Part shown: in pieces, positions 49,795 through 62,724 of the stretch
How positions within the stretch are numbered: position 1 is the stretch's first letter
Layout of the letters: each line of letters starts with the position of its first letter
Origin: Camelus ferus
Lineage: Eukaryota
NCBI RefSeq assembly: GCF_009834535.1
Contig: NC_045697.1
Coordinates: forward strand, 86,926,001-86,990,000
DNA: 64,000 nucleotides
Direction: 5' to 3'
Notes under the pieces: generated by a model
Databases searched by the model: none
What the model saw: only the letters and a program-made list of their open reading frames with translations
What the model was told of the DNA's origin: nothing
Translations under genes and position numbers: made by a program

Positions 49795-51050
49795 AATCTT
49801 GATTTTAGAATAGTTTTAGGTTTACAGAAAAGTTGTGAAGATTCTATGGAGAGTTTCTACATATTCCACACCCAGTGTCTCCTATTATCAGCATGTTACT
49901 TTAATACGGTACACTTGTTACAGCTAATGAAGCAATACTGATACATCATCATTAGCTAAAGTTCATACTTTATTCATATTTCCTTAGTTTTTACCTAGTG
50001 TCCTTTTTCTGTTCCAGGAATCCATTCAGGATCCTACATTCAGTCATTCTGTCTCCTAGACTTTACTTTTTTTTTGATTACTTTGACAGTTTGAGGAGTG
50101 CTGGTCAGGTCCTTTTTAGTGTCCTTCAATTTGGATTTGCCTGGTGTTCTTGTGATTAGACAGGGGTTGTGATTGTTTGGGAGGGAGGTCACGGAAGTTA
50201 AGTACTGTTTGCATCACATCATGTAGGGGAACGTGCTTACTACCGACAGCAATAGCCTTGATTATCTGGCTGAGGTAGTGTTTGTCTCCCCAGCTGCAAA
50301 GCTGCTCCCAGCCTCACCTTTCCATACTGTATTCTTTGGAAGCAAGTCACTATACACAGTCCATATTTAAGAGATTGTGTGTGTGGGGTGGGTGGGGGTG
50401 GAATTATGCTCCTCCTTGAGGAGGGAGTATCTCCATTAATTATTTGGAATTCTTTTGTGTGAGAAATTTGTCTAATCTCCATTTATTTATTGAGTCATGA
50501 GTATCTGTATATACTCATGGATGTTTTATACTTTGGATTATAATCTAACAGTGTGTTATTTTGTTGTTCACACTGTTTCAGCTTTGGCTACTGGGAGCTT
50601 TTTCAGTTGGCTCCTGTACTCTTTAAAAACATACCCCAATCAGTGTGGGTTTTTTTTGAGCACTTCTTTACTTCATGGACCATAAGATGCTCCAGGCTTA
50701 TTTTGTATATTCCCTACTCCAGCCTAGAATAAGCCATTTCTCTAAGAAGCCTTAGTTCCTTCTGTTGGAAATGGTATTAGAAAGCAAGATCTGGGTGTGT
50801 TTGTTGCTACTGAGGTGTGTTTGTGTCCAGGCCCTGTTTTACCTGATAGAGCAAGGAATACAGGCATATACTAACCTGGGTATATCTATAAATATTTCTA
50901 TATTCAAATATCTGTATTAAGCTAAAAATGAGTATATACTATGTATTCAGTCCTAATCTACCAGTATCACACGAACCATTTTAGCCTTCCCCTCTGGCTT
51001 TTCTGTTTCTTCCCACTCCAGTAGTGAGAAACCTGGTTCCTACCATCTCC
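49795..51050 (-). mobile_element. Old L1MC/MD-type 3' region
   Basis: TTTTAGAATAGTTTTAGGTTTACAGAAAAGTTG..AAGATGCTCCAGGCT..AGCCATTTCTC.AAG.AGCC..GAGAAACCTGG. Confidence 0.8.
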
Positions 51051-51589
51051 TAGGATGTTTTTCAATATGTATAAATATCTCACATTAATTTACTTTCTTT
51101 TTGAAATTTCAAGGTAAATTAAATATCTAGACAAAATACAAATCGAAGTATTTAAAGTGCTGATTATGCTTTTTCAAATTCTATTTAATTCTTCCCTATT
51201 CAGACACCCCTACAAGGGTAGGTTCAACTCCCAGCATCATCTTTAAAATCATTAGCATAATTGTTATCAGTGTCAACAAAAGGCTATTGGACCCGGAGCT
51301 GAGCTGGTTCATGTGGACAGCCTTCAGGGAAGCCTTGAGGTAGGGCCCCCCGCTGGCACGTGACAGATTTATGTTACTCTCATACAGGTGACATCTACAT
51401 TCATTTTTTAGATTCCATACCTTTTAGGATGGAGAATAATGGCTTATTGGAACTTAACACACTTTCTAGCATTCCAAATAAATTAGTACTTTTCAAGTTC
51501 CAATTCTGTAGTTTATTAGCATTAGTGAGAAGGAAAGAAGCTTAAGTGATAGGTCTGTTGCATAGTATGTGCTCAGTAAATACCTCCAG

Positions 51590-52515
51590 TAAGACATCTA
51601 ATGTTCATCTCAAACTCAGCATGTCCAAACGTGAATTCCTAATCTTTCCTTATACCTGTTCCCTCTCATAGCCTTCCCTTCCCCATCTCAGCAAGTCTAT
51701 CATTTAGAACATAGATTTAAGTGCCATCCTTGATTCCTCTGTTTCTTTCTCACCGTGCATCGATCTATAAGGAAACTTCGTTGACTCTACCTTCAAATAT
51801 ATCCAGAAGCAGACAGCTTTTTACCATCTCTGCTGCTGCCACTGGGGTTGCAGTCTCCACTCTGCCTGGGTTACTGAGCAAGCCTCTAACGGGTGTCTCT
51901 ATATCTGCTTTTGGCCCAGAGTAATCTTGACAGCCAGAGTAATCCTTGGAAAAATGTTGGATCATGCCACTTTTCTGTTCAAACACCTATAATGGCTTTT
52001 CATTTTCTCAGGATGGGAGCCAAAATATGTACAGTTGCTTACAAATCTGTCTCCTGACCTGTCTGACCTCATTTCCTACCCCTTTCCCTTCATACCTTCT
52101 GCTCACGCACACTGGCCGTCTCGCTGCCCTTCGCACACTCTAGACGTGATCCTGTTGTGGGGTTTTCACCCTGGCTTTCCCTGCTCTGCTTGGAATACTC
52201 TGCTCTGATCCTGGGACCTCCTTCAAGTTTGGGCTCAAATGTCGCTGTCCCAGTGGAGCCTGTTGTGGCTGTGCTATTTAACATTGCAGCCTAATCTGTA
52301 CCCCCACCTTCCCAATCCCTCTTATCCTACTCAATTTTACTTTTTCCCATAGGATTTATTATATTTTCACATATAATTTACTTAGTTATGCTTATTGTTT
52401 ATTGTGTTTCTCCCCCAGTAAGAATCTGAGTGGCACAAAGGCAGGAATCCTTGTTCAGTTTTGTTCACTGATGTATCCCAGTGCCTAGAAGAAAAAATAT
52501 GTTAAATGAATAAAT
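51590..52515. mobile_element. LINE-2 3' fragment
   Basis: CATCTCAAACTCAGCATGTCCAAA..CTACCTTCAAAATATATCCAGAA..TTGTTCACTGATGTATCCCAGTGCCTAGAA..AAATGAATAAATG. Confidence 0.82.
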
Positions 52516-54087
52516 GCATTACTTGAACTGTGTGCTTTCTGTATCCCAAAATTATCCTTAAATTAAAAAAAAAATTTAATTTGATGAAAAGGTGTCAGAT
52601 ACATGGGCAAAGGGTGTCCACAATCTGAAATAAGTTACTAAGAGCCTTGAGTTTTAGATTCCACATTTGTTAATGAGTATATGATAATTATGTCACAGGA
52701 TTGTTGTATTTAAATACAATGATGTGCATGAAAGCACTCAGTAACTTTGAATTATGGGATTTCCCAGCTCCTGGGCCTATACAGAATAGGGCCTGGAAGG
52801 CAAGGCACACTAAAAACCTTTAGAAGCTACATATCCACTTCCTCTGTGACGTCATTCCTCTGAAGAGCCCCTTTTCTCAAGTTTGAAATGGCGAGCTGTT
52901 AAATATTGAGAATAAGAAAAAAGCTCTGTAAATATCTTTATAAATATAAAATTACATTGCATCAATTTTTAACAGGAACACTGAGATCACATCTGGTGAA
53001 GATGACTTGTAAACTCAGAATGGAGGGAATTGGGAATTGTCCTTACAATGGGGCTATTAAATGCCTGCTTTTATTGAGGCTGAATTTTGGTTCTATTACT
53101 CATTAAAAAAATAATGCAATTTGTTTTCAAGTGCATAACAGCTGTTTAGTAACTTACATGTCTTAGCATTCAGCACAGATGCACAGTTCCCTTCTCTTCC
53201 CTCTGTATAAAGGTACAAGTAACCTCTGTAAAAAAAAAAAAAAAATTGTGGGTTCCATGATGTATTATCCATTTAGTCCCTGGTACTGTTTCTTTTCTCT
53301 AAAATATTAGCAACTGGCTGAGAAGGCAAATATTATTAGCATATTACATATCCCAGTTGGCCGAGCATCATAGGGAGTGCCAGCTAGCAAGGGGAGGGGG
53401 GGCACTCTGAAGTCTGACTGAACACTCAGAAATGAGCATATCAATGTCCTGAGGATGACTGAATGATGTGGTTTAGGTCTGCTTCTGGGGAATTAGCCCC
53501 TGAAGCTCAATGCTGCCCTTTCATGTTATCTTTATGATGACATGACTTTTCCTTTTTACTCTTCTACTCCTGATCTGAAACTTGGAATAGGGAAAAAGGA
53601 AGATTTTTATTGATTGCACTGAAAAATGATAAGATAAAGTAACAGGTTGACTTCAGTTAACACAAGCAGCACAGTAATTTCACCAAAGGTAGAGTGGAAG
53701 TATTGGCTATGGAATATACACATTACTCTAGGAATAAGTGTTCCATTGTTATCACATCTGGATCTCTTTGAACACCACAGGACAGTCCTGTGTATCGTAT
53801 AGCTGGGTCTTTATGCTTCTTTGTAAGGCTACCTGTGATTTATTTGTATCAGAAAGTCTTAAGTTGCTTTCTTAGTAAGTTGTAAAAAAATGAGCAAATT
53901 AGATAAGTTGGTGTTTCAATTTTTAAAAGTGCAGTTAACAGTGGTCGAAATATTAAAGCCAAGTAAATACCCAGTAAGATTCTTAACTCTAGAAGCAGAT
54001 TACAGGAGCTAACACCACATCCTTACTTTAGATCTAGACTGAGATACATGTTACTTACTTTTAGGTCTTTCTCAGTCCTTTACTTTT

Positions 54088-56262
54088 TTTTTTTAAATGG
54101 AACCTTTTTTTAAATTGAAGTATACTTGATTTATAATTTTATTTTAGTTTCTGGTGTACAGCATAGTGACTCAGTTATTTATATATATATTCTTCTTCAT
54201 GATAGGTTTTTACAAGATACTGAATGTAGTTCCCTATGCTATACAGTAGGACCTTGTTGTTTATTCTGTATATAGTGGTTTGTATCTGCTAATCCCAAAC
54301 TCATTTATTTCTTCCTCCCTCCCTTCCCTTTTGATAACTGTAAATTTGTTTTCTGTCTGTGTCACTTTGTTTTGTAAATAAGTTCATTTGTCTAATTTTT
54401 GTTAGATGCCACATGTAAGTGATATCATGTAATATTTGTCTTTCTCTGACTTACTGCACTTTCTATTACCTCTAGGTCCATCCACATTGCTGCAAATCGC
54501 ATTATTTTATTCTTTTTTATGGCTGAGTAGTATTCTGTTGTATAAATATACCACAGCTTCTTTATCCATTCATTTGTCGATGGACATTTAGGTTGCTTCC
54601 ATGTCTTGGCTATTGTAAATAGTGTTGCTATGGACACTGGAGTGCATGTATCTTTTTGAATTAGTTTCCTCTGGATATATGCCTAGGAGTGGGACTGCTG
54701 GATCATATGGTAACTAATTTTTTTAAGGAATCTCCATACTGTTTGGTATAGTGGCTGCACTAAATTATAGTCCCAACAGCAGTGTAGGAGGGTTCCCTTT
54801 TCTCCACATCCTCTCCAGCATTTCTTGTTTGTAGACTTTTAAATGATAGCTGTTCTGACCTGTGTAAGATGATACTTTATTGTAGTTTTGATTTGCATTT
54901 CTCTGATAATTAGCAATATTAAGCATCTTTTAATGTGCCTATTGGCCATCTATATGTCTTCTTTGGAGAAATGTCTGTTTAGGTCTTCTGCTCATTTTTT
55001 GATTTTTTTTTTTTTGTTTGTTTGTTACTGAGTTGTGTAAGCTGTTTATATATTCTGGAAATCAAGCCCTTGTCAGTTGCATCATTTGCAAATATTTTCT
55101 CCTATATTCAAGGTTGTCTTTTTGTTTTGTTGATGGTTTCCTTTTCTTTGTAAGTTTGATTAGGTCCCATTGGTTTATTTTTGCCTCAGTAGACTGACCT
55201 AGAAAAACATTGCTGATTATGTCAGAAAATGTTTTGCCTATGTTTTCTTCCAGACTTACGGTGTCCTGTCTTATACTTAGTCTTTAAGCCATTTTGAGTT
55301 ATTTTTGTATATAGTGTGAGGGAGTGCTCTAGCTTCATTGATTACATGAGGCTATCCAGCTTTCCCAGCACCACTAGTCAGAGACTCTTTTCTCCATTGT
55401 GTATTCTTCCCTCTTTTGTCAAAGACCAATTGATTGTAGGTGTGTGGGTTTATTCTTGGGCTCTCTATTCTGTTCCATTGGTCCATGTCTTTTTTTGTGC
55501 CAATACCACACTGTTTTAATTACTGTAGCTCTGTAGTATTGATTTAATTCTGTGAGAATTATGCCTCCAGCTTTGTTCTTTTTCTTCAGTGTTGCTTTGG
55601 CAATTCTGGGTCTTTTGTGATGCCATATAAATTTTATAATTATTTGTTCTATTTCTGCGGAAAATGTCCTGGGTAGTTTGATAGGGAGCACATTAAATCT
55701 GTAGATTGCTTTTGGTAGTATGCCCAATTCTAACAGTATTAATTCTTCTGATCCAAGAGCATGGGATACCTTTCCATTTCTTTAAATCATCTTTAATTTC
55801 CTTATTAGTGTTTTAGAGTTCTCAGTGTATAAGTCTTTCACCTCCTTGGTCAGGTTTATTCCTAAGTTTTTTTTAATGCAATTTTTAAAGTGGTTTAAAA
55901 ATTTTTTTTTGATATTTCATTATTAGTGTAAAGAAATGCAACAGATTTCTGTACGTTCATCTTGTAACCTGCTACCTTGCTGAATTTGTTTGTAAGCTCT
56001 AGTCATTTTTGTGGAGTCTTCAGGGTTTTCTATATATAGTATCATGTTGTCTGCATATAGTGACATTCTACCTCTTCCCTTCCAATTTTGATCCCTTTTT
56101 TCTGATTGCTGTAGCTAGTGCTTCAAATACTATGTTGAATAGAAGGGGTGAGTGCGCATCCTTGTCTTGTTCTAGATTTTAGTGGGAAAGCTTTCTTTTC
56201 AACTTTTCCCTATGTTGGCTGTGGGTCTGTCATAGGTATCTTTTATTAAGTATTATGTTTCC
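54088..56262 (-). mobile_element. 5'-truncated LINE-1 (2.2 kb) with TSD
   Basis: TSD TTCTCAGTCCTTTACTTTT at 54069-54087 and 56263-56281; ORF2 remnants [44 protein letters not shown] and LFTIAKTWKQPKCPS. Confidence 0.96.
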
Positions 56263-57523
56263 TTCTCAGTCCTTTACTTTTAAAACATTTTGGTTATTAT
56301 GCCATCTCTTTTCATTGTTTTGCTTACTGGTGTTTTTCTCACACTTTGTGCCATTGTTTAGTTTATCTTAGAACCAAAATCTGGGAAGATATTCCAGTCT
56401 TGAATGTGGACTTCCCCAAACCTGGCTTCTTAGACTTGAATATATAGGAATTAGTTGGAATCTGATATGCTCATTAATACAAAACCATAGATTCATGTTA
56501 TATCTATGTACACGTTATATTTACATGTGGAGAGATGTGTAAATATATATGGTATTCTATGAGTTGATCATTCTCATCTAATTGTAACATAAAAAAATAT
56601 TTCCTCTCTTTCCTTAAAGCATGGTCGTTTGTTGACTACTCCCGTGCCAGAGGTTAAGTATCACGTGCCCCCTTGTGAAACTGACTTTTGAACATTTACC
56701 TGAAATAATGTGGCAGCCTATTTTGGACTCCATTACTTGTAATAGTATTTCCAGGTCTAACTACTTGTAAAGCTAGCTGTTTTTCCCCCTCTGCTACATA
56801 GTTGACGTAAAATGGCAGGGTAGTTTCCCTTCCCACAAGAAAGACTGCCAGAAACCAATGGGGTCTACATTACTTATTCATTATCTACTGATTTTGAGAA
56901 TGCTAACCATATTATAATGTTCCAGTACAATTTTCAGCATTATATACATTAGCTATTTTCTCTACAATATTCTTTTTATGCCTTAGAACCAACATTAGTT
57001 AGTCACTAGAAACATTTGTTCAAATTTAAGGAATTGTTTCTGTGAGCAACGTACGAATAAAACCTTTCTTTATGGGAAGGTTACCCCTGGGTTGTAGTTC
57101 CAGGAGTGTTTCACTAGACTGAGAGGGGTTGTATGGGCCGTAAATACCTAAGCAGAAGCTACTGCTTTGGGTTTCCCTCAATGGAGCGTGCTGCTTGTTA
57201 CTGGATGTATATACCTCTTTGTGGGGACACTAAAATCTACATACATGGGATGTTTCAAGTCTGAACTGCTGTGGTTCCTATACTACACCTGACCTGTGGG
57301 GCGAAGAATGGTCCTTGGACTGCTCCTCTGGAGAGGTGTGCTTGAAGTTGTCCTGCTGACATGCTGTGCTCCCATCCTGCTCTTCCTGCAGAATTAGGTC
57401 GTGTCAGATTTTGGCCTGTCTCACTTTAGTTTGATTGTCTGCTAAACCCAAAGCACTGTGTATTGTCATCAAATATTTATTATGAAAAGAATAATAACTA
57501 CTGATTTTTCCTTTATTTTTCAG

Positions 57524-57709
57524 AAATGTGTTACAGACGAGTGTTTCTTTTTTGAACGATTGGAATCTAATAACTACAATACTTACAGGTCAAGGAAATA
57601 CTCCAGTTGGTATGTGGCACTGAAACGAACTGGGCAGTACAAACTTGGACCCAAAACAGGACCTGGGCAGAAAGCTATACTTTTTCTTCCAATGTCTGCT
57701 AAGAGCTGA
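57524..57709 (+). CDS. FGF2: FGF2 coding exon 3 to stop
   Basis: Acceptor TTTTTCAG|AAA; KCVTDECFFFERLESNNYNTYRSRKYSSWYVALKRTGQYKLGPKTGPGQKAILFLPMSAKS-TGA; exons total 178+104+186 = 468 nt = 155 aa plus stop. Confidence 0.99.
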   Translation, partial: KCVTDECFFFERLESNNYNTYRSRKYSSWYVALKRTGQYKLGPKTGPGQKAILFLPMSAKS

Positions 57710-58090
57710 TCTTAATGGCAGCATCTGATCATTTCACATGAAAGAAGAGGTATATTTTAGAAATTTGTTAATGAAAGAAGAAAAATGTGTACAGCTACCT
57801 GCTCAGTTTGGATAACTGGCCAGATAACCTTTTATCTAATAGTAAAATATTTAATCATTGCCTTAGTTAAAAAAAATTCCTGGAAAATATATAGATTTCC
57901 ATTTTTTATATAGCATTTGCCTTTATCCAGTGAAGCTTACTTAGAGCTACAATCTTTCTGATAACGTTTGCTTCATTTGAAAAGAGGCTTTTAAAATGTG
58001 CACACACAAGTTTTCTTCATGGAAATCATAGACATTAGAAAATTAAAGTGAGATATTTAATCCAAATGTCCACTACTTATAAATATGAAT

Positions 58091-58488
58091 TTAACACATT
58101 CCTGTCACAGTTTTGTAATTGTCTGGCAGTTCCTTGTGATAGAGTTTATAGAACAAGCCTGTGTAAACTGCTGGAAGTTCTTCCATGGTCAGATCTATCT
58201 TGTCAAACCCTTCTCTGTACCCGTACAGCAGCAGCCTAGCAACTCTGCTGGTGATGGGAGTTGTGTTTTCAGTCTTGACCAGGTCACTGAGATCCATCCA
58301 CTCACACCTTAAGCATTCTTGCTGGCAAAAATTTATGGTGAATGAATATGGCTGTAAGCGGCAGATGAAATACATGTCTGACTTCCCAAAAGCTCCGGGA
58401 TTGGTGTGTTGTTGCCGAATACTTAGGAGGGACCTGAATTCTGATTTTATACCAGTCTCTTCAAAAACTTCTCGAACTGCTGTATCTC
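58091..58488 (-). CDS. NUDT6: NUDT6 (Nudix hydrolase 6, FGF-AS/GFG) last coding exon
   Basis: Minus-strand polypyrimidine tract and AG at 58490-58489; (G)[39 protein letters not shown]...[11 protein letters not shown]; second half of the Nudix box. Confidence 0.97.
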
Positions 58489-61400
58489 CTAAAGAAAAAA
58501 AAGAAAAAGGTAGGGTCACATTTTCAGAAATTTAATCATCCAAGATTTTCAGATAGATTATTAAAGGTTCAAAAGCAAAACTTTACCCCAGGAAAGTAGT
58601 TTTTGATACAACTCTGTCTTCTGGACATCATGAGATACCAAAGTATTTTCTTAGATGTACAGTGCTAAGAAGCTTCTGAAGTCAGAGGAGATTCCTTTAT
58701 AACCATTTGGTCATGCTCTTCTGCTTATCCTGTCAGTGGAGTCCCACCATGGTAACTTTTGGCATTTTGTGTTTTGAGATTCCAAAGAACTTGGATTCTT
58801 TCCTCCAGTACTCAAAATGCCACAGTCCTTTATCTCATCAAAAGTTTTTAAAAACCTGCAATTTATAGAATTTTATAATACAAGGGTCTTCACATTTTAC
58901 ATGGTTGATTTTTTAAATAATATGCAAATTTCTGGGGCAGTATTTTTACTGCCATTAACATATTTTTGTAGTGCTTTTTTTAAATATCCAGATGAACCTC
59001 CTCCATGGGACTTCTCTAACTCTGATGCTTTGTCACTGTCTCCCAGAGTGTTTATGAGAAGTCCTTAAAAAAGCCTTCCTTGCCTATTTGTTGGGAAGTT
59101 TCACTATTGCCACATGCATAATTAATTTTTGTTCAAATACCCTTTAATGCCTCCATTTTCTTGTCTGTCAAATTGCAAATTATATTTGCCTTTTGAGTAG
59201 TCCTGCTGGTAAATAGGCAAGGAAGATAAAGTGAGGGGAAAATGTCTCAATTCCTGTGTGCTCTGAAATAGACTATCTTACCAATTCCCTGGATATGCTC
59301 TTGTTTACACCCATCAAGAAACAGCTCTGGAAATATACACAGGAAGAGTAAAGAGTTTAAAAATGCAGACAAATGTCTTTTTTTAAACTATGTGCTGACT
59401 CCCCTTATAACTGAGATTTGCTATAGATTAAACATGGTTAGAAATTACATTTTTAAACTATAAACATAAATGTTAAGAAAAAAAATTGCCTTAATAGGAA
59501 AAAATTATTTTCAGTGGTATACATGTTTGTTACTAAGTTTGTTGAAGATTGAAAAATTGTTTGAATGTTTTATTCTTTAACAGCTTTGAAAAGTTGACCA
59601 TGGGGGTCTTGTTTAACTCTTAGTACCACTAATCAAGCGTTTGGCATTTAGTTCCTGAGTCTAGTCTGTGTGTTATGGAAGCACAGGATGGGGCTAGTGA
59701 GCCAATCTGTCCTGCTCAGCAGTGATCACAGCAGCTGATTCAAAATCAGCACTGCCTGGGTAGTTTGATCAGTTTAATTTGAATCATGGTATCACTGACT
59801 AGACTAACAAGTGAATAGGCAAAGTAATGCTTTTGTATCTAGAGGAAACCTTTCCATCTCAAGATTGAAATCTCTTCTCCAAGGATTTTACCATGAATTT
59901 AAACTTATTACCTAGTTACAGTGCTCTATTCTCTTGTACCATTATTTTTTTAATGTACTGTAAGCTAAACTGAAATAACATTTACTATTTCATAGGTTTG
60001 AAAAACGTAAGAAAAACCAAGAGTTTTGTTTTTATTTTTGGTGGTTGAAAGATGTTTAAATACATCATAGTGTGTTTAAATGGAGTTTATATTTGTTATT
60101 TCTATTTTGTAATATTTAATAGGATTAGGTTGAAATAAAATATAATAGGAAAAAACTGTGCAGAATGTGGGTTTTCCTGGTGTTTCCCTCTGAATCTGGT
60201 ACACTGATCATCTTTGATCAGACCTCACTGCTTTATAGCCCTTTTGCTATGCAGGATTCTCTTCCTGTCAGGAAGGCAGCTACTCCATTTTTAACTTTGT
60301 AACTTTGTACTCTTAGGGTATATTATATTAAAGCCTGAGGATTGCATTCTATTGGTATATGCCCTCTTAATTAATGTTTTTTTTTAAACACTATGGACAA
60401 TAGTGTTTCATTTATGTGTTATCAAAGAATGAAGGATTCCAAACAAATGTGCTTCTCAGTTAACCAGTGTTTACTACTTAAGAGCCAATAGGAATGTTTG
60501 CACATTTGTGATGGCAGTATTCCTGAAGTATATTACCCACTTTCCTAAAAACAGGTTTTAAGGAAAATAAATAATTCTTATTCTTAATGATGATTAATGA
60601 TGAAGCCAAATCATCCATTACTGTACTATGTTACAAAACAGAAATGCCTTCATCTAGACAGTCTTTCAGACAGACATCTGCTGTCAGTTATCACTTCTAG
60701 CTACTTTCAGGGTTTTATCAGTTCTAAGGCAAGGCTTCAATTTTTACTACTTCTAGGCAGTATGGTGAATGCCAGTTGCTGCTTTTTTTCTTAATTCTAC
60801 ATGGTTGAGGCATTTGTATGCGCTCCCTGAATATATCTGTTGTTGTGACAACTACAAATACTTTTTAAAAAAGTAGTGAATTCTTAATTATACATATTTG
60901 GCTTGGAAATGTGTTTCTTCATTTAAATTTAAATATATCTGAAATTCAGAAGATCCATAAAACTTAAATGAAAAAAGTAAATCCATTTGAGAAGACTCAG
61001 AAGACAAAGCTATACGGAGCTCTGTAGGCTGCTGTCTGCCCAATATGGACTGAGTAAGGAAGGAAACCGTAACTAGTTCACACGCTCTCATATCACATCA
61101 GGACAGTGTGAAATAATCCGATGTTCTAGAATGAATGGCCTTCTCTTTCAGCACTGCATCACTACAAAATCCTCTTTTATTTCAAAAGAAGACCTAGCAG
61201 AATCTAAGCAAAAGGCAAGTACCTAAAAACCACAATTTGCTAGATGTATCTGAATGTAGGAGATTTACCTGTAGGTTGTTAGGAATTGGCTCTATACAGT
61301 GTACAGGGCATTTTAATCCGTGGAACATTAAAAAAAGTCAAGTATGTATATACTTAAAATAATTTAGGAAATTGCCTTCAAGTAAATGATGGCTAAAGAG

Positions 61401-62134
61401 AATAGGAGACATCAGTATTATTTCTCTGAATGATTTATTATGATGGGACTGCATTTGACCCAATGGTTTAAGGAATAGGTAGGAAAGAAGTTTCTGTTCT
61501 TTCCCCTATTTCCTGTAAAATCAGTGACAATTATTAATTTCATATTTCTGTCTTAAATATTGAGCTCAGGAAGTTGTTTTAGGAAGTTACCTCTCATTTG
61601 AGACTTTCTTATGAGACATTTTACTGTTTTACTATGTTTACTATGCTTCCTGACTATCCAAAATAAATAGATAAAAGTTTCATAAAGGGAAGATTTATGT
61701 CACCACTGCTCTATCACTGATTTTATAAATAATACTTATTTCACAGTTCAAAATGTTACTATTCATCTTCATGTGATAAAGTGGCCAAAAATTTGTTTTC
61801 TCAGTTTGATTCCAACAATTTTAGTCATATTCAAAATAACCCTTAATGCTACACTTGACTGAAGTATATCCGGAGCTTCTCATTTTGAAACTAATCTAGA
61901 AGCAGTTCTAAGCAGAAAAATAGGTGTAATGCTCCTAATGGTATTATTTATACTAATGGAATAAGATCATTACAAGTTTTGCTGCTAATTTTATATCAGC
62001 CTTGAAATAACTTCACCGAAATTTTCTTGATCTGAAACAATTAGAAAAGTTAAAATACTTTTTTTAGCTCCAAAAAAGTATATATGAATTTCCTCAACAT
62101 TTTCAAGCCAATTAAAGATAGGTAAGATACATAC

Positions 62135-62189
62135 CGATATCTTCTCCAGGCTCTGACAGGCCTCCTGGAAATTTCCACATATTTTTCAA
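62135..62189 (-). CDS. NUDT6: NUDT6 penultimate coding exon (55 nt, not in ORF track)
   Basis: Minus strand ctgcag|TTGAAAAATATGTGGAAATTTCCAGGAGGCCTGTCAGAGCCTGGAGAAGATATCG|gtatgt = [18 protein letters not shown](G); phase 1 joins the last exon to complete GX5EX7REUXEEXGU. Confidence 0.95.
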
Positions 62190-62718
62190 CTGCAGTATAA
62201 AATCAGAAAGGTTAACATAGCTTTTATTCACCAATACACACACAAGGCGATGCCACAAAATCTACCCATAATTGGTTAAGGTGGTTGAGAATTTATTTTT
62301 TGGTAATTGTATGCAAATTTTTTGCAGCTTTCTTTCTTACTCCTCCCTTTCTTTCTTTTTTGGGGAAACTAGTGACTTGTGAAATCTTTTCCCACCTTTT
62401 TCTTCAGGAAGTAGAAGTGGTTTGGTTTGGTTAATGTGATAAATTCTGTATGAGTGAAACAGTGGAGGGAAACATCTACTGAATTTGTGTAGTTTAAAAA
62501 GTTTTGCTGCTAGTTTATTAAAAAATAGAGAAATCCTACTGATGCTGCTATAAATAAGTAGACAATACAGTATAAATTTAATCACTAAAGTATGCTATTT
62601 TAAATTTTCACATTTATTTTCTGTATTGTGTGTCTAATCAGATATATTAATCTTAAGATTTCTTTTGTTCTGTGTTAATGACTATGTAAAAATGTAACTG
62701 CTTTTCATGGGAAGTGTG

Positions 62719-62724
62719 AATAAA
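62719..62724 (+). terminator. FGF2: Probable distal FGF2 polyadenylation signal AATAAA
   Basis: AATAAA preceded by two TGTA elements and followed by U/GU-rich CTTTTGTATTCTATTTCTTTCTTTTGG. Confidence 0.7.

Noticed and set aside
55419..55727. ORF resembling a retroelement polymerase region
   Set aside because: Frameshifted fragment of a 5'-truncated L1 ORF2; not functional and not a novel RT system.
58185..58535. 116-aa plus-strand ORF in the FGF2 3' UTR
   Set aside because: Antisense shadow of the NUDT6 coding exon.
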